A DNA stretch of 64,000 bases from Okamejei kenojei (Eukaryota). Position 1 is the stretch's first letter. Each line of letters begins with the position of its first letter. The stretch lies in assembly GCA_035221665.1 (NCBI GenBank), contig CM069154.1, positions 5,332,001 through 5,396,000 on the forward strand. The letters run 5' to 3'. Under the pieces are notes generated by a model, which saw nothing but the letters and a program-made list of their open reading frames with translations, searched no databases and was not told the DNA's origin. Positions 38,495 through 51,000 of the stretch are shown here, one piece after another. Position numbers and translations under genes: made by a program.

Positions 38495-39254
38495 AAAGTC
38501 CAGATACTCCACATCCACTGGCACTCCCTTATCCATTCTACCTGTTACATCCTCAAAAAATTCCAAAAGATTAGTCAAGCATGATTTCCCCTTCATAAAT
38601 CCATGCTGACTTTGACCGATCCTGTCACTGCGTTCCAAATGCGCTGCTATAACATCCTTAATAATCTATTCCAGCATCTTCCCCACTACCAATGTAAGAC
38701 TAACAGGTCTATAATTCCTCGTTTTCACATTCGCGAGTGGTCCCCGTAACCTTTGACTCTCTTACCCTGAGTCAATCATGCTTACAATCTTCGCAATGTA
38801 AAGTTCTGCGATTGGAGCTCACGTTCCTGGTCACACTATGCTTGACACTTTCCCAGCACCGCTGACATGCAGTAAATGATTGCATTCATTGCACAACCAC
38901 CATTTTTAACTCATACCAATAACAAATTGCTCAAAACTGCAAACCAAACCAGAACTGCCCATTGAAGTCAAGGCACAGTACTCTCCTTATTACTGAAATG
39001 GCCACTCAGCTGACACTGGCATTTAAGTTTGGTTTAGTTTAGAGGAACAGTGGCGGTGGAGGCCGGTTCTCTGGATACTTTCAAGAGAGAGCAAGATAGG
39101 GTTCTTAACGATGGCGGAGTCAGGGGATATGGGGAGAAGGCAGGAACGGGGTACTGATTGGGGATGATCAGCCATTGAATGGCGGTGCTGGCTCAAAGGG
39201 CCGAATGGCCTACTCCTGTACCTATTGTCTATTGTCTATTGTCTATTGAACCAA

Positions 39255-39517
39255 CCCCTTCGGCCCACCAGGTCTGCGGCGACCAGCGATCCCTGCACAC
39301 TAACACCATCCTACACATCAGGGACAATTTGCAATTACACCAAGCCCATTAGCCTACAAACCTGCACGTCTTTGGAGTGTGGGAGGAAACTGGAGATCCT
39401 GAAGAAAAACCCACGCAGGTTACGGGAAGGACGTACAAACTCCATATAGACAAGCACCCGTAGTTAGGATCGAACCCGGGTGTCTGGTGCTGTAAGGCAG
39501 CAACTCTACCACTGCAC
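39255..39517 (-). mobile_element. V-SINE (HE1-like)
   Basis: Same consensus as the other copies. Confidence 0.7.
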
Positions 39518-40091
39518 CCCAAGATATTATGATACCTTAAGATATTCCAAGTCTGTCTACATTGAGATAGAAGAGGACCTTGCAGCATGTCACCGCAGCA
39601 ACCATTCCTATCCATGTACCAGTCCAATTGTCTTGTTATTGTAGCTCGCTTAGCTACCTCCTTTGGCAGCTCGTTCCATATACCCACCACATTCACATCC
39701 ACATGAGTGAAAAGCTTGCCCCTTAGGTTCCTATTAAATCCCTCCCCCCTCAATTTAAACTTGTCTGGATTTTGATTCCCCTTTTACTCTGGGTAAAAGA
39801 CTCTGTGAACTCACCCTATCAATTCCTCCTCATGATTGTATACCCCTCTATAAGATCACCCCTCAGCCTCCTGTGCTCCAAGGAATAAAGTCCTAGATTA
39901 TCCAAATTTAGTTTAGTTTATCATTTAGTTTATCACATGGACCAAGGCACAATGAAACACTTTTTTCTTGCATGCCATCCAGTCAGCAAAAGGACAATAC
40001 GTGATTACAATCAAGCCACCCGCAGTGTACAGATACAGGATAAAGGGAAATACTGTAGGTTTAGTGCAAGTTAAAGTCCAGTAAAGTCCAA

Positions 40092-42690
40092 TTTTACTTC
40101 GGAGTCACGTGAGTGACTACGTGAAGAACCCCGCCTCAACGCTGGCAAACGGCATTAACGTCGACGCTGACGGCGGAAGGAGAGGACTGCAGTAAGGAGC
40201 AGCTCCTCGCAGCGGTCGGAAACGGCCCCGCAGGTAAGTGCAGCAAAGTCGGGATGTTTTTTAGCGTACGCTGGGTGGGTCCAGCAGTAAAAATAAAGTA
40301 AAATAAAAAGTCAGAGTCACGTTAAAGTGCTGTTTAGCACAGATTAAATGAAAGAAATGGAGAAAATCGGCAAAGAAAATTCGCGGGTAAAAAGAGCTTC
40401 CCGGGGTGAAAATTAAAAAAAAATACGGGAAAAAAGCTAGTGCGGATCCGGTTCCGATACCGGTGGCCGCTGATATACCCGTTAGTGAGTTCTAGATTCT
40501 CCAGAAGTTATAACCACGGAGAGAAATGCTCCTAAAAATGTAAAGAAATCTGAGAGGCCCGTGGTTCTGATGACTCTGAAAGTCCTCCAGATAATTAAAC
40601 TATATGGAACTAATAATGGAGCATATGGAGAAAGTTCTCCAAAAAATTATGAGACTAGGGTCACAGTACCCAGAAGGTTCCCAAAAAAAGCCCTGAGGGG
40701 TTTAATTAATCTGATATGGCTGTGGGCCTAATTGGGAGTTGGAACTCCGGACCCAGGATTTGGGCCGAAGGAAGTCTCATGGGATGAAATCCCAATTGAT
40801 TTAGGGCTGCAGAAGGCAGACCCTGCTGATGGTGATTTGCACTTGAAAACACACCACAAAATAAAAGAAAGGCCAAATGTGCCTGAGATAGCAAAAGAAT
40901 TTGCTATATATAAAGGAAGTGGTGAGGCTATGGAAGAAAACCTAGCTGCCAATATTAATATATGATATCTCACCAACTCATGATTCTGTGATGATTGAAA
41001 CATCAGAATTATAAACGCACAGGAAATTGTGCCTCATTGAAAGTGCCTACGGTTTATCCGTTGATATGGGCATCCATGACCCCCAAATATGAGAGTTCAA
41101 GAAGTGAGGTTCAAAAATCCTCACAAATTATTCTGCTACCATTATGGTTTTGGGGAGATGGATAGTTTAAAAAAGGAGGGCCTATTGTGCAAATTCTTTC
41201 TATGAAATTATTGTATGAGGAAAATGGCTATTCGGCCCATATTTCACCCAAGGTTTGCAAGCTTGTGTGGTTCAAGCAAGTGGTGTTCAAGCACCTGGTT
41301 ATCTGTTTGGAGTAAATCTGCCTAAATTATTAAAAATTGGATGAAGAAGCTAAAAATTTTTAACTGCATGAAACCTTCGTCTTAGGACAAAAAAGGTATT
41401 TTTTCGCCCAGAAGGGGATTTGATTTTGGAAATAAAGGCAGAAATATGTCAAGGAAATATTATTGTACTGCACAGGCCAATACTTACCCGTATTCGGGGA
41501 AAAGGAGACCACCACGCTCATATGGAGAGGTATTAAAGACTTGTTCTATCTTTAAAGAAAACTGCGGATTAATCTCCAGTTGGAGGGAGATTACAAAAGT
41601 TTTATAAAGACTGGCTTACTATTATTTCTGATCGGTTTATTTTTACAAGCAGTTTCAGGAGCCACTATTACATTTAAAGAAGGGGTTAATCCTCCAGTAC
41701 AGGTAAACCTGCCTATGCTTTCGTGTTTACTGCAATTGGAAAAGCATGAGATTAATGTGGAAATTGACAAATTATCTGAAAAGATGTTATTGGGAAAAAA
41801 CTTATGAACACGAGTCAAATTGTGTCTAAGATATTTCAAAAGACATAAAAAAAGATGGTGTTTGCAGAATTATTCTGGACCTTACAGATCTAAATAAGTG
41901 GTAGAATACAAATTTTTAAATGGAAAACATTTAAATACTGCAAGATATTTAATATCAGCAGGTTGTTATATGGCTACGATTGATTTGAGAAATGCCTATT
42001 ATTCTGTACCAATACATCAGTTTCTGGATGTACTTAAAATTGAATTGGCTGGGACAATTATGGCAGTTTAAAGCTTTGCAAATGGATTGAGTTCAGCTTC
42101 CAGGCTCTCTTTACTAAACTGTTGAAACCAGTTTTTAGACCCAATTAAGAGTACAAAAACACATCGTTATGGCTTATCTCGATGACATTCTAATCATTAT
42201 GGCAATTAAGAGTCAGCTGAGAATTAGTTTCAGTACAAAAGCTTTGTTAAAGCTAGGGTTCTTGATTCATCCAATTAAATTTCCAGCTGCAGCCAGAACA
42301 ATCAATTAACTATTTGCAGTTTGTAATTAACTCAGAAACTATGTTAATACTTTCCCAACAAAGATAAAAGTTGATGATTTTTGGTGACTTGTAATAATCT
42401 CATTCACAAACTTATCCTTCCATCCGAAAAGTAGTGAAAACTATTGGTAAACTAGTAGCACATTTCCTGCAGTAGAATTTGGTCCATTACATTAAATCAA
42501 AATCTTCAAAGGGACAAAATAAGAGCTCTCAAAGAGAGGGCAGGCCACTTTATAGGCCTATGCAATTAACAAAAGAAGTTTTGTTGGAATTACCCATGGT
42601 GGGGTTATAAATATCCCACAAGCTGCTAAAAAACATTCTGATTAAACACAGCCTGAAATTGTTTATAAATAGATGCTAATGCTCTCGTAT

Positions 42691-42734
<44 letters not shown>

Positions 42735-45131
42735 AGGTAAACAAGGATTCATCCTCCAGTTTGGAGGTAAGATGGAAAGACAAGAAGAAAGTTTCTTCAA
42801 ACTTATGGTTATTAACTATTAGACGTTATTGGGTGCTTTCTTGGTCTAAAAGATATTGCTGTTCAAAAAAGGGTCTAATGTATTAATACAGTTTAGACAA
42901 TTTAAAACGGTGTTGTCATATATTAATAACATCGGGGGAGTCTGATCAGTTATCTGTGATTGTTGGTCAATGAAATATGGCAATGGTGTATTGATCGCCA
43001 AATTTGGATTTCAGCAAACTATTTCCAGTTAAAGACAATGTAGTGCAGATAAAAGATCAAGGATATTAAAGTTAAACACCAGATGGATGCTTAATACTAC
43101 TATATTTTAAGATTATTGTAACTCATGTGGTTTACCAAGAAATTGATTTGTTTGCATCAGGCTTACTCTCAATTGCCTAAATATGTGTCATGGGAACAAC
43201 GATCCAGATGCTAGGTAGCAGTATGAGTGCTTTTTAATTGACTGGGGGTATATTGTTCTTTTATGCTTTTCCACCTTTTGCTTTGGTTACAGCATTGTCT
43301 GAAGGATAATAGAACATGAATTTTATTGCCCACAGAGGGTTGGTGAGAGTCAATAATTTGGACCAAAAACACTTGGTTCCCATTAATGCGGTAATATGAT
43401 TTAAGAACCTATATATGTCGCTATGACCAAACTGTAGTTGATATTTTGATTATTTAATCCGAGTAACCAATGAATTTTATGAATTCTTATGCATATATGA
43501 ATTTATTAATCTGCAGGTTTTGACCAGACCACATACAGGAGCTGGATTGTCGGACATAACTTTGGAGGTTATAGTAGACTCATGGCGAGATAAAAACACA
43601 AAAAAACAATATATGACATGTATGGTTAAGAATGGGAAAGGAATTTGCACTACAGTCAAATATTTATTATGATGCGGTGAATATTGCTTGTCTTGATATT
43701 GTGATACTGTGATATTGCATTGGAAAATGTATTGGGAGTCGTGCTTAAATTGCCTATTTTGAGCCAACAATTAAGTTTACAGTGCTACTTACACTGCACG
43801 CAGTGCTGATATTATGTAGGACTTCTTGTCTGACCAGTAATCAATTCGGATCGGCATCCAATAAGATCTTGATTCATTGAAGGAATCTGTAATATTATCC
43901 ACCCAAACCTAGATACAACAGAGATTTGGGATTCTGTTGTGAGCATTGTTACTTACCTTACTTAGCAGTGGCTCCAAGTGAAGGATTGTCAGTGAAAGAT
44001 TAACAATTCAAATTTAATATTGTTATATCATTGGATTGTCAGCTCAAAGAGTGCAAATGTTACATATGTTGCGTTTAGATGTATGCATGTGACTACTGAT
44101 CAACATTGTGTTCTATGTTTACGATATGATCAAACAAAGCAGACCTGGGTGGATATGGAGATATGGTAACCTTTCACGCTTATCCTATTTGATCCTACTT
44201 TGTGAGTGGTTAAAATTTGAATCAATATGTTAAAGTTACTGAACTCTTCGAGGAAAGAAAAATCGTTGATGATTTACGCATAAAAAGGCCACACACACAA
44301 AGTTCAGTTAAATCTATCTCAAATGTTTGAATCAAGGTTGTTCCTTTTAGCAGACAGTAGACACTGATGGTTCAAATTCACTCCACCAGGGCTGCAGCTA
44401 CGTCCGGGGCGAAGGGGCGGGACGTACCACTTCGAGCTATTTAAAAAATCGCAGCAGGGTGGAGTAATGAAGAAACTTATTCAAAGTTCTACATAAACCT
44501 GTTCACCACTATGACATGCTTTTGGCACGCGGTGTTGGGATCAATATAATCCACCTGCTGTGTATACTGATTTGATCACCTAGAACCAATTAAGTAGTCA
44601 ATTATATCTCTTTACCACTTGTATCATTCCCTGGATATAGGAGGGCGTTATTATATGTTCTTTAAACATTAAAAAGTTAATTATGGAAAGAACTAATATG
44701 TAGTCTGGTTTCTCATGTATATGATTTACTTAGCCGGACTGTCGTACTAAATTAAATACTACGTGACATAAAAACACAGAAAGTTTAAAATCTTCGTAGT
44801 CACTCAAGTGACTCGAAGGTAAAATAGTAAGATTAAACGGATCTTCCAGTTCGCGAAGTTTGATCGTTATTTTGAGGAGTTTAAGCTTGAGGGATTACTG
44901 TGCCCTCCCCTCCACCCTCATAAAATAAAATGTTCCAATCTGGTAGTTCTAAAGTTTTTATGAGCCTTACTTGTTACTTCGGCTATTTTGGTGTTCTGTG
45001 TTTTTCATGCGTGCTTTGAGTATGCCGTTTGCCAGGTGAGGGAGGGGTTCTTCACGTAATCCCTAATCGTAACTCCTTCATAAACATATCGGATAAACTT
45101 CGGAACTGGTAAGTCTGTTTAATCTTATATT
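40092..45131 (+). mobile_element. DIRS1-like tyrosine-recombinase retrotransposon, full-length but degenerate
   Basis: RT MAYLDDILI (~42170); RNase H DA....WG (~42672); methyltransferase IDLFAS (~43142) and YAFPPF (~43262); YR HSTRAAATS (~44379) and AGWS..KFY; inverted termini with an internal complementary region at ~44790-44900. Confidence 0.9.
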
Positions 45132-45176
45132 AAAGATGGTGCAAATGGTTCCCAATGAGGTAGATGGTAGGTCAGG

Positions 45177-45676
45177 NNNNNNNNNNNNNNNNNNNNNNNN
45201 NNNNNNNNNNNNNNNNNNNNNNNNNNNNNNNNNNNNNNNNNNNNNNNNNNNNNNNNNNNNNNNNNNNNNNNNNNNNNNNNNNNNNNNNNNNNNNNNNNNN
45301 NNNNNNNNNNNNNNNNNNNNNNNNNNNNNNNNNNNNNNNNNNNNNNNNNNNNNNNNNNNNNNNNNNNNNNNNNNNNNNNNNNNNNNNNNNNNNNNNNNNN
45401 NNNNNNNNNNNNNNNNNNNNNNNNNNNNNNNNNNNNNNNNNNNNNNNNNNNNNNNNNNNNNNNNNNNNNNNNNNNNNNNNNNNNNNNNNNNNNNNNNNNN
45501 NNNNNNNNNNNNNNNNNNNNNNNNNNNNNNNNNNNNNNNNNNNNNNNNNNNNNNNNNNNNNNNNNNNNNNNNNNNNNNNNNNNNNNNNNNNNNNNNNNNN
45601 NNNNNNNNNNNNNNNNNNNNNNNNNNNNNNNNNNNNNNNNNNNNNNNNNNNNNNNNNNNNNNNNNNNNNNNNNNNN
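45177..45676. other. Assembly gap (500 N, probably a fixed-size placeholder)
   Basis: N run of round length. Confidence 1.
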
Positions 45677-47979
45677 CCCCCCCCCCCCCCCTGTAGACCG
45701 ATACAGCACAGAAACAGGCCCCTTCTTCCCTAACTTGACACATGCGTGACCATATTGCTTACCTTTCTCTTGTTTAGTATACAGTTAAAGCGTGGGAAAC
45801 TGGCCCTTCGTGCCCACATATGTCCGCATAGAACAGCAATCCCACGCTTTAAACACTACCCTAACGCAGTAGGACTATTTACGACTTTTACCAAGCAACT
45901 AACCTACTTTGCCATATACGATTTTTGGAGTGTGGGGAGGAACTGAAGGAACCTTGGAGAAACCCGGCGGTTCAGGGGTGATCGTACAAACTACATACAG
46001 ACAGACCCGTAGTCGGGATCAAACCGACTGTAAACGTCTTGGTAAGGCAGCAGATCTACCTTGCGCCACCGTGCTGCCCCTAGGCCACTTGTCCCACTTG
46101 CCCGCGTTTGACCCCATCTCCTCTTTGTTCTGCCTTATTTGGTAAAATCAGTTTTCTACCTCAGTCAGGACAGTAGTGTCTCGGCCGGAATTTCAACATG
46201 CACTTTTTGCCTCCAATGATGCTGCTTGACCCGTTGAGTTTTTCAGGTGTTCTGCTATGTTCCAGTTTCTAGTATTTGCAATATCCTTTGGCTTCTCCCT
46301 ACACAACCCTTATCCTACTCAACAATGTTCTTCTCACAGAAGCTGATGGGTACATGGAGGAGCAGTCCTGAGGAGGTAGTGGAGAACTGGTACCTTTTAA
46401 CAACATTTTAAAGCATTAGACATGGTACGCGGATAGGAAGGTTTGTAGGGTCAGGGTCAAATGCAGCCTGGTTTTTATGGTGGCGCAGCTGCTAGAGGTG
46501 CTGCCTTACATTGCATTAACAGCGGAGATACCGGTTCATCCCGGCTTCAGGTGCTTGTCTGTACATAGTCTGTACTTTCTCCCCAGTGACCTGCGTGGGT
46601 TTTCTCCGAGAACTTCAGTTTCCTCCCACACTCATAGATGTACAGGTTTGTTGGTTAAATTGGGTTGGTGTAAATGTTTAACTTTTGTGTTGCTGTGCGG
46701 GGATCACTGGATGGTGCGGTACACGGTGGCCAGAGGGCCTGTTTCTTGACTGTATCTCTAAACGAAACTAAACGAAAGAGGGATTGCGTACATGGGACTT
46801 CTTCATCGGCATGGCAGCTGTTTCCGTGCTGTATCACTCCATGATTTTATGAAATCCCCCACCATTCCCCTCCCCCATAACAAGCTTTACCTGGTCTCCC
46901 GATGCATATATTTGAATTGTCTTTCAAGGACTTTATGGTGTCATTGAGTTGAACTTATTGATCGCATTTTTCAATAGACACAGACATAGGTGCTGTGTAG
47001 CCATTCAGCCCTTCGAGCCAGCTCTCTATTCAATGTGATCTTGGACCTGATCATCCACATCAGTACCCCGTTCCTGCCTTTCTCCTCATATCCCCCTTGA
47101 CTTCTGCTTTCTTTTTTTATTAAAATGTCTTTATTAGAGTAATGTACATTAACAATGATTATAAGCCAAAATAATTAATACATTTCCGGTACCACTTCTT
47201 ATTTTTTATTTTAAGACGAAGAAGAATATGAAGAATTAGAGAGAGTTAGATAGGATTGTAGTGCGTGAGAGGCGTTATCTGGAGGAGCCGCTACTTTAAG
47301 AGCCTATCTAGCTCTCTCTGATAGTATCCAGAGATCCGGCATCCACCGCTCTCTGAAGAGAGAATCTCCAGAGACTCACACACTCTGTGTGAAAAAAAAT
47401 GTTTCCTCATTTCCGTTCGTTGGTGCCTATTTATCCCGGGTAACTGTTTCAAAACTTGAGAAGCTGAGGAAGGCTGGACAAAATTAGTGATTCGCATTTT
47501 GAGTTGGGCATAATTGTCACAAGTTCACCACGTTTCAGGAGTAGAATATGGCCTTTCGGCCATCGAGTCTCCTCCGCCATTAAGCATGGATGATCTTGCC
47601 ACCAATCCATACATGTTCAGACACAGTGTGCCCGCTTTTGATGGGAGGGGGTTGAGGTGGTTGAGGTGGTGGGCACAGGGAATGTTTGCGTGGTGGACAG
47701 AGTGCCTGCAAAGCGGGCAAAACGTCACCAGGATGAAGCAGGCTTTGAGGAGATTACTCAATCAGGCAACAGGGGAGCATTGCAGCCACTCCTGATAGGT
47801 GCATTGTCCGTGGTGAGGAGGCTGGGGAGGTGGCAATGTGAGTCACCAAATTTAGTCTCGAACCACTGCAAAGTCATTTCTGAGCAAACGGGAATTGACT
47901 GTTTGACTTCTGTTGTGAATGAGGAAGAGGACAACTCAAACGCAGTGCAGGGTCCAAACCGATCCAACGCAGCCAAGAC

Positions 47980-48076
47980 ATGGCGGTGGGACAGGGAGAA
48001 TTCACCCACCAGAAACGGCCCAGATCCAGGGGAACAGTCGCTCTGTTGGTTCTTGTCGCTGTTGGTCTCACATCAG
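47980..48076 (+). CDS. Copy B signal-peptide exon
   Basis: gacATGG start context; 32 codons + 1 nt; CAG|gtaaat donor. Confidence 0.8.
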
Positions 48077-51000
48077 GTAAATCGTTGTTTTACAAAATGC
48101 TCTGTCCTTTAGAATTATTTACCAGTGCCTTGAATTATTTGTAAATACAGACCTGTCTGTACTGTGTGGGGAGCTGATGATGAATTGCTCAACACTCGTT
48201 AGTTCCTGTAGAGACTTCCATCAGCGGTTGTTGTCGTGTTGTGTGCAGCCAAATTGCACACAGCTCGCTCCCTGTGGAGAAGGGAGATAACTACCTACAG
48301 CTTGCCTTGCCTTGTGGACCTCACTGAAACTTACCAAATAGTGAAAGGCCTGGATAGAGTGGATGGTGGAGGATGTTTCCACTTGCGGAGAGTCTAGGAT
48401 CAGAGGTCACAGCCTCAGAATTAAAGAACGTTCCTTTAGGAAGGAGATGGGGAGGCAATTTCTTTAGTTAGGTGGTGAATCTGTGGAATTCATTGCTACA
48501 GGAGGCTGTGGAGGGCATGTCTATAGATATTTCTAAGGCCGAGATTAGATCGATTCTTGATCAGTAACTGGTGTTAGGAGTCTGGGGAGAAGACAGAAAG
48601 ATAGATCAGCATGATTGAATGGTGGAGAGTAGACTTGATGGGCCAAATGGCCTAATTCTGCTCCTAGTACTAATTAACTTAGATCTGTTCTTCAGAAATT
48701 TTACTAGCACTTGAATTATTTTGAGAACAGAGCAGACTACTGGGCTACGAGCTGCTAAAGATAAAAGTGCTTGCAGACTCTGTTCTTTCCTGCACTAATG
48801 ACTGTTGTGATGCTGTGCGCAGCCAACTTGCACACAGCTAACTCCTGTAGAAAATGATCCGACAGCCGGCCTTGTTTTGATCTTGGGTGTTGGGGTAACT
48901 CTTTGCCCTGGACCAGAGAGTTAGCTCCACTATTTCTGGTGCAAACTATCTCCCAGGTTAACTTTTCTCAGTGACTTGACAGCAGATCAGCTAAATGCTG
49001 TTACCCCTTGCATATCTCTTGACTTTTTCCATCCCTCGCTGACTGTTGGTCTGAAGACGGGTCTCGACCTGAAACATCACCATTGCTTCTCTCCAGAGAT
49101 GCCGCCTGACCCGCTGAGTTACTCTACGCAGCCATTTTTAGTGTCCATCAAAGACACACGGCACTCCCTCACGCACTGCAATGGGAAATGTTGAATTAAA
49201 TCTTAGCACATTCAAAGAAAAAACCTGTGAGACCAGCCTTTGGGAACAGATGGGCATTTTCAAAATTTTTTTTTTGGAGGGAAGCACCAGTGTGACTGTC
49301 CAATTTAGCATTTTGGAGAAGTTGAGAGTAATCTCTCCTGAGAAAAAAAACAGCTGCCTTTACAGGACTCTGCTGCTCGAGCTGTTCTCACACTGTGCTT
49401 TCCCCAGCCTCTGAGTTCCTCCTTCAAGGCATTTGTATTTGTGGCTCGTGTGAGACGGACCTGGACTGATCTGATCATGTGTCTCCATCCCAGATCTGAA
49501 TCTGAGAGTTTCACATGGTGGTTAGAGTCTAGGGATACAGTGTAGAAAACAGGCCCTTCATGCCCAACTTGCCCATCACCGGCCAACCATGTCTCAGCAA
49601 CACTAGTCCCACCTGTCCATGTTAGGATCAATGTCCCTACAAACCTGTCCTATCCATGTACCCAGGGCCGGCCTTAAGCCGTTTGGACGATTGCTCCCAA
49701 TTGGGCCGCGCGAGTACGTGGGCCCCACGCCAGAGTTATCTACTCTCGGCTCAGGTAGATCTACCTGGGTGGAGGGGGCGGCGGATAGAGAGGGGCGGAG
49801 ATAGAGTAGAGGGGGAGGGGGAAGAAAGGGGTAGACGGGGTAGATTGGGGAACGGAGAAGGGGGAGAAGGGGGAGAGGGGGAGGTGGGTCGTGTTTGCTC
49901 ACGGCAGCGCTCCCGCCCTTCCAGTCGCCGTGCTTCCCACACAGCCCCAGCTCCACCCCTCTCTCTCCCGGGGAGATGCGATAGTGAACAATACAGGGAG
50001 GGCCGGGCCGGGGGTTGGTTTCCCCCCCCCCTCCCCTGAGCGACGTTTACAAACATTCGGCCTCAGCTCACACCCCATCCGCCTGGACCCCGGCCTCAGC
50101 TCCCGCCACGGGCCCTCTCCCTCCTTCTTCTCTTCCCTCCCACACACCATCATGCACAGACCAACTAACACACACAACTAAGTTAGGATGGGGTAGAAGC
50201 CCAAAGGGTAGGATGGGGCTGAAGCCCAAAATCTAATGCCTGGATTGGTTTTTCACCAATGGTTATTGGTTTTCCAGGATCTATTTAATTAAATTACCCC
50301 CCCCTTTTTTTTTTAATCTTTTCACAGTCACAAAACCATTGTGGTATTGTAACTATGTACTTTTCAGAGGTGATCTACACATTTTGTTTGTTACTTGTAG
50401 GCTTACACGTATGCAATTTTATATTTAAAATGTAGCTTAGATCAGTTTGGTCCATTAAGTCGGCATGCACTTTTTAAGTGCAAAATGTTGATTACTTTGC
50501 ATTCTACCATAGAGATATGAAGTCCAGAATTAGACTTTAATTATATTTCTATGAATCTAGACCTTGGCTGGGAACCTGGGGCTCAACCAAATCGTTACCA
50601 CTTGGGCCCCACAACTCCTTTGGCCGCCCACCTGCATGTACCTGTCTAACTGTTTCTTAAAATGATGGGATAGTCCCTGCCTCAATTACCTCCTCTGGCA
50701 GCTTCATCCATACACCCACCCAGCCTTTGTGTGAAAAAGACACATCATAATTATTCCAGGTGGACGTTGGGACTGGAGTTTGAAAACATCAGTGGCAGAT
50801 CCAGCTTCCTCCACAGGCGGGAAGTTTAGTTCAATGGGGCACAAAGTGCTGGCATAACTCAGTAGGTCAGGCAGTATCTCATGGTCTTTACTGAAATGTC
50901 ACCTATCCATGTTCTCCACAGATGCTGCCTGACCTGGCTGAGTCACCACTGGCATCACAGGCAGCTGGCTATTCAGCTTTAGTAAAGCACAAAGTGCTGG

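Noticed and set aside
42690-42733. Long poly-G run
   Set aside because: It falls on the GWGG-type codons of the DIRS RNase H and is likely homopolymer expansion or a sequencing artefact.
45078-45743. Long ORFs made of X (also 28160-28499)
   Set aside because: Artefacts of N gaps.
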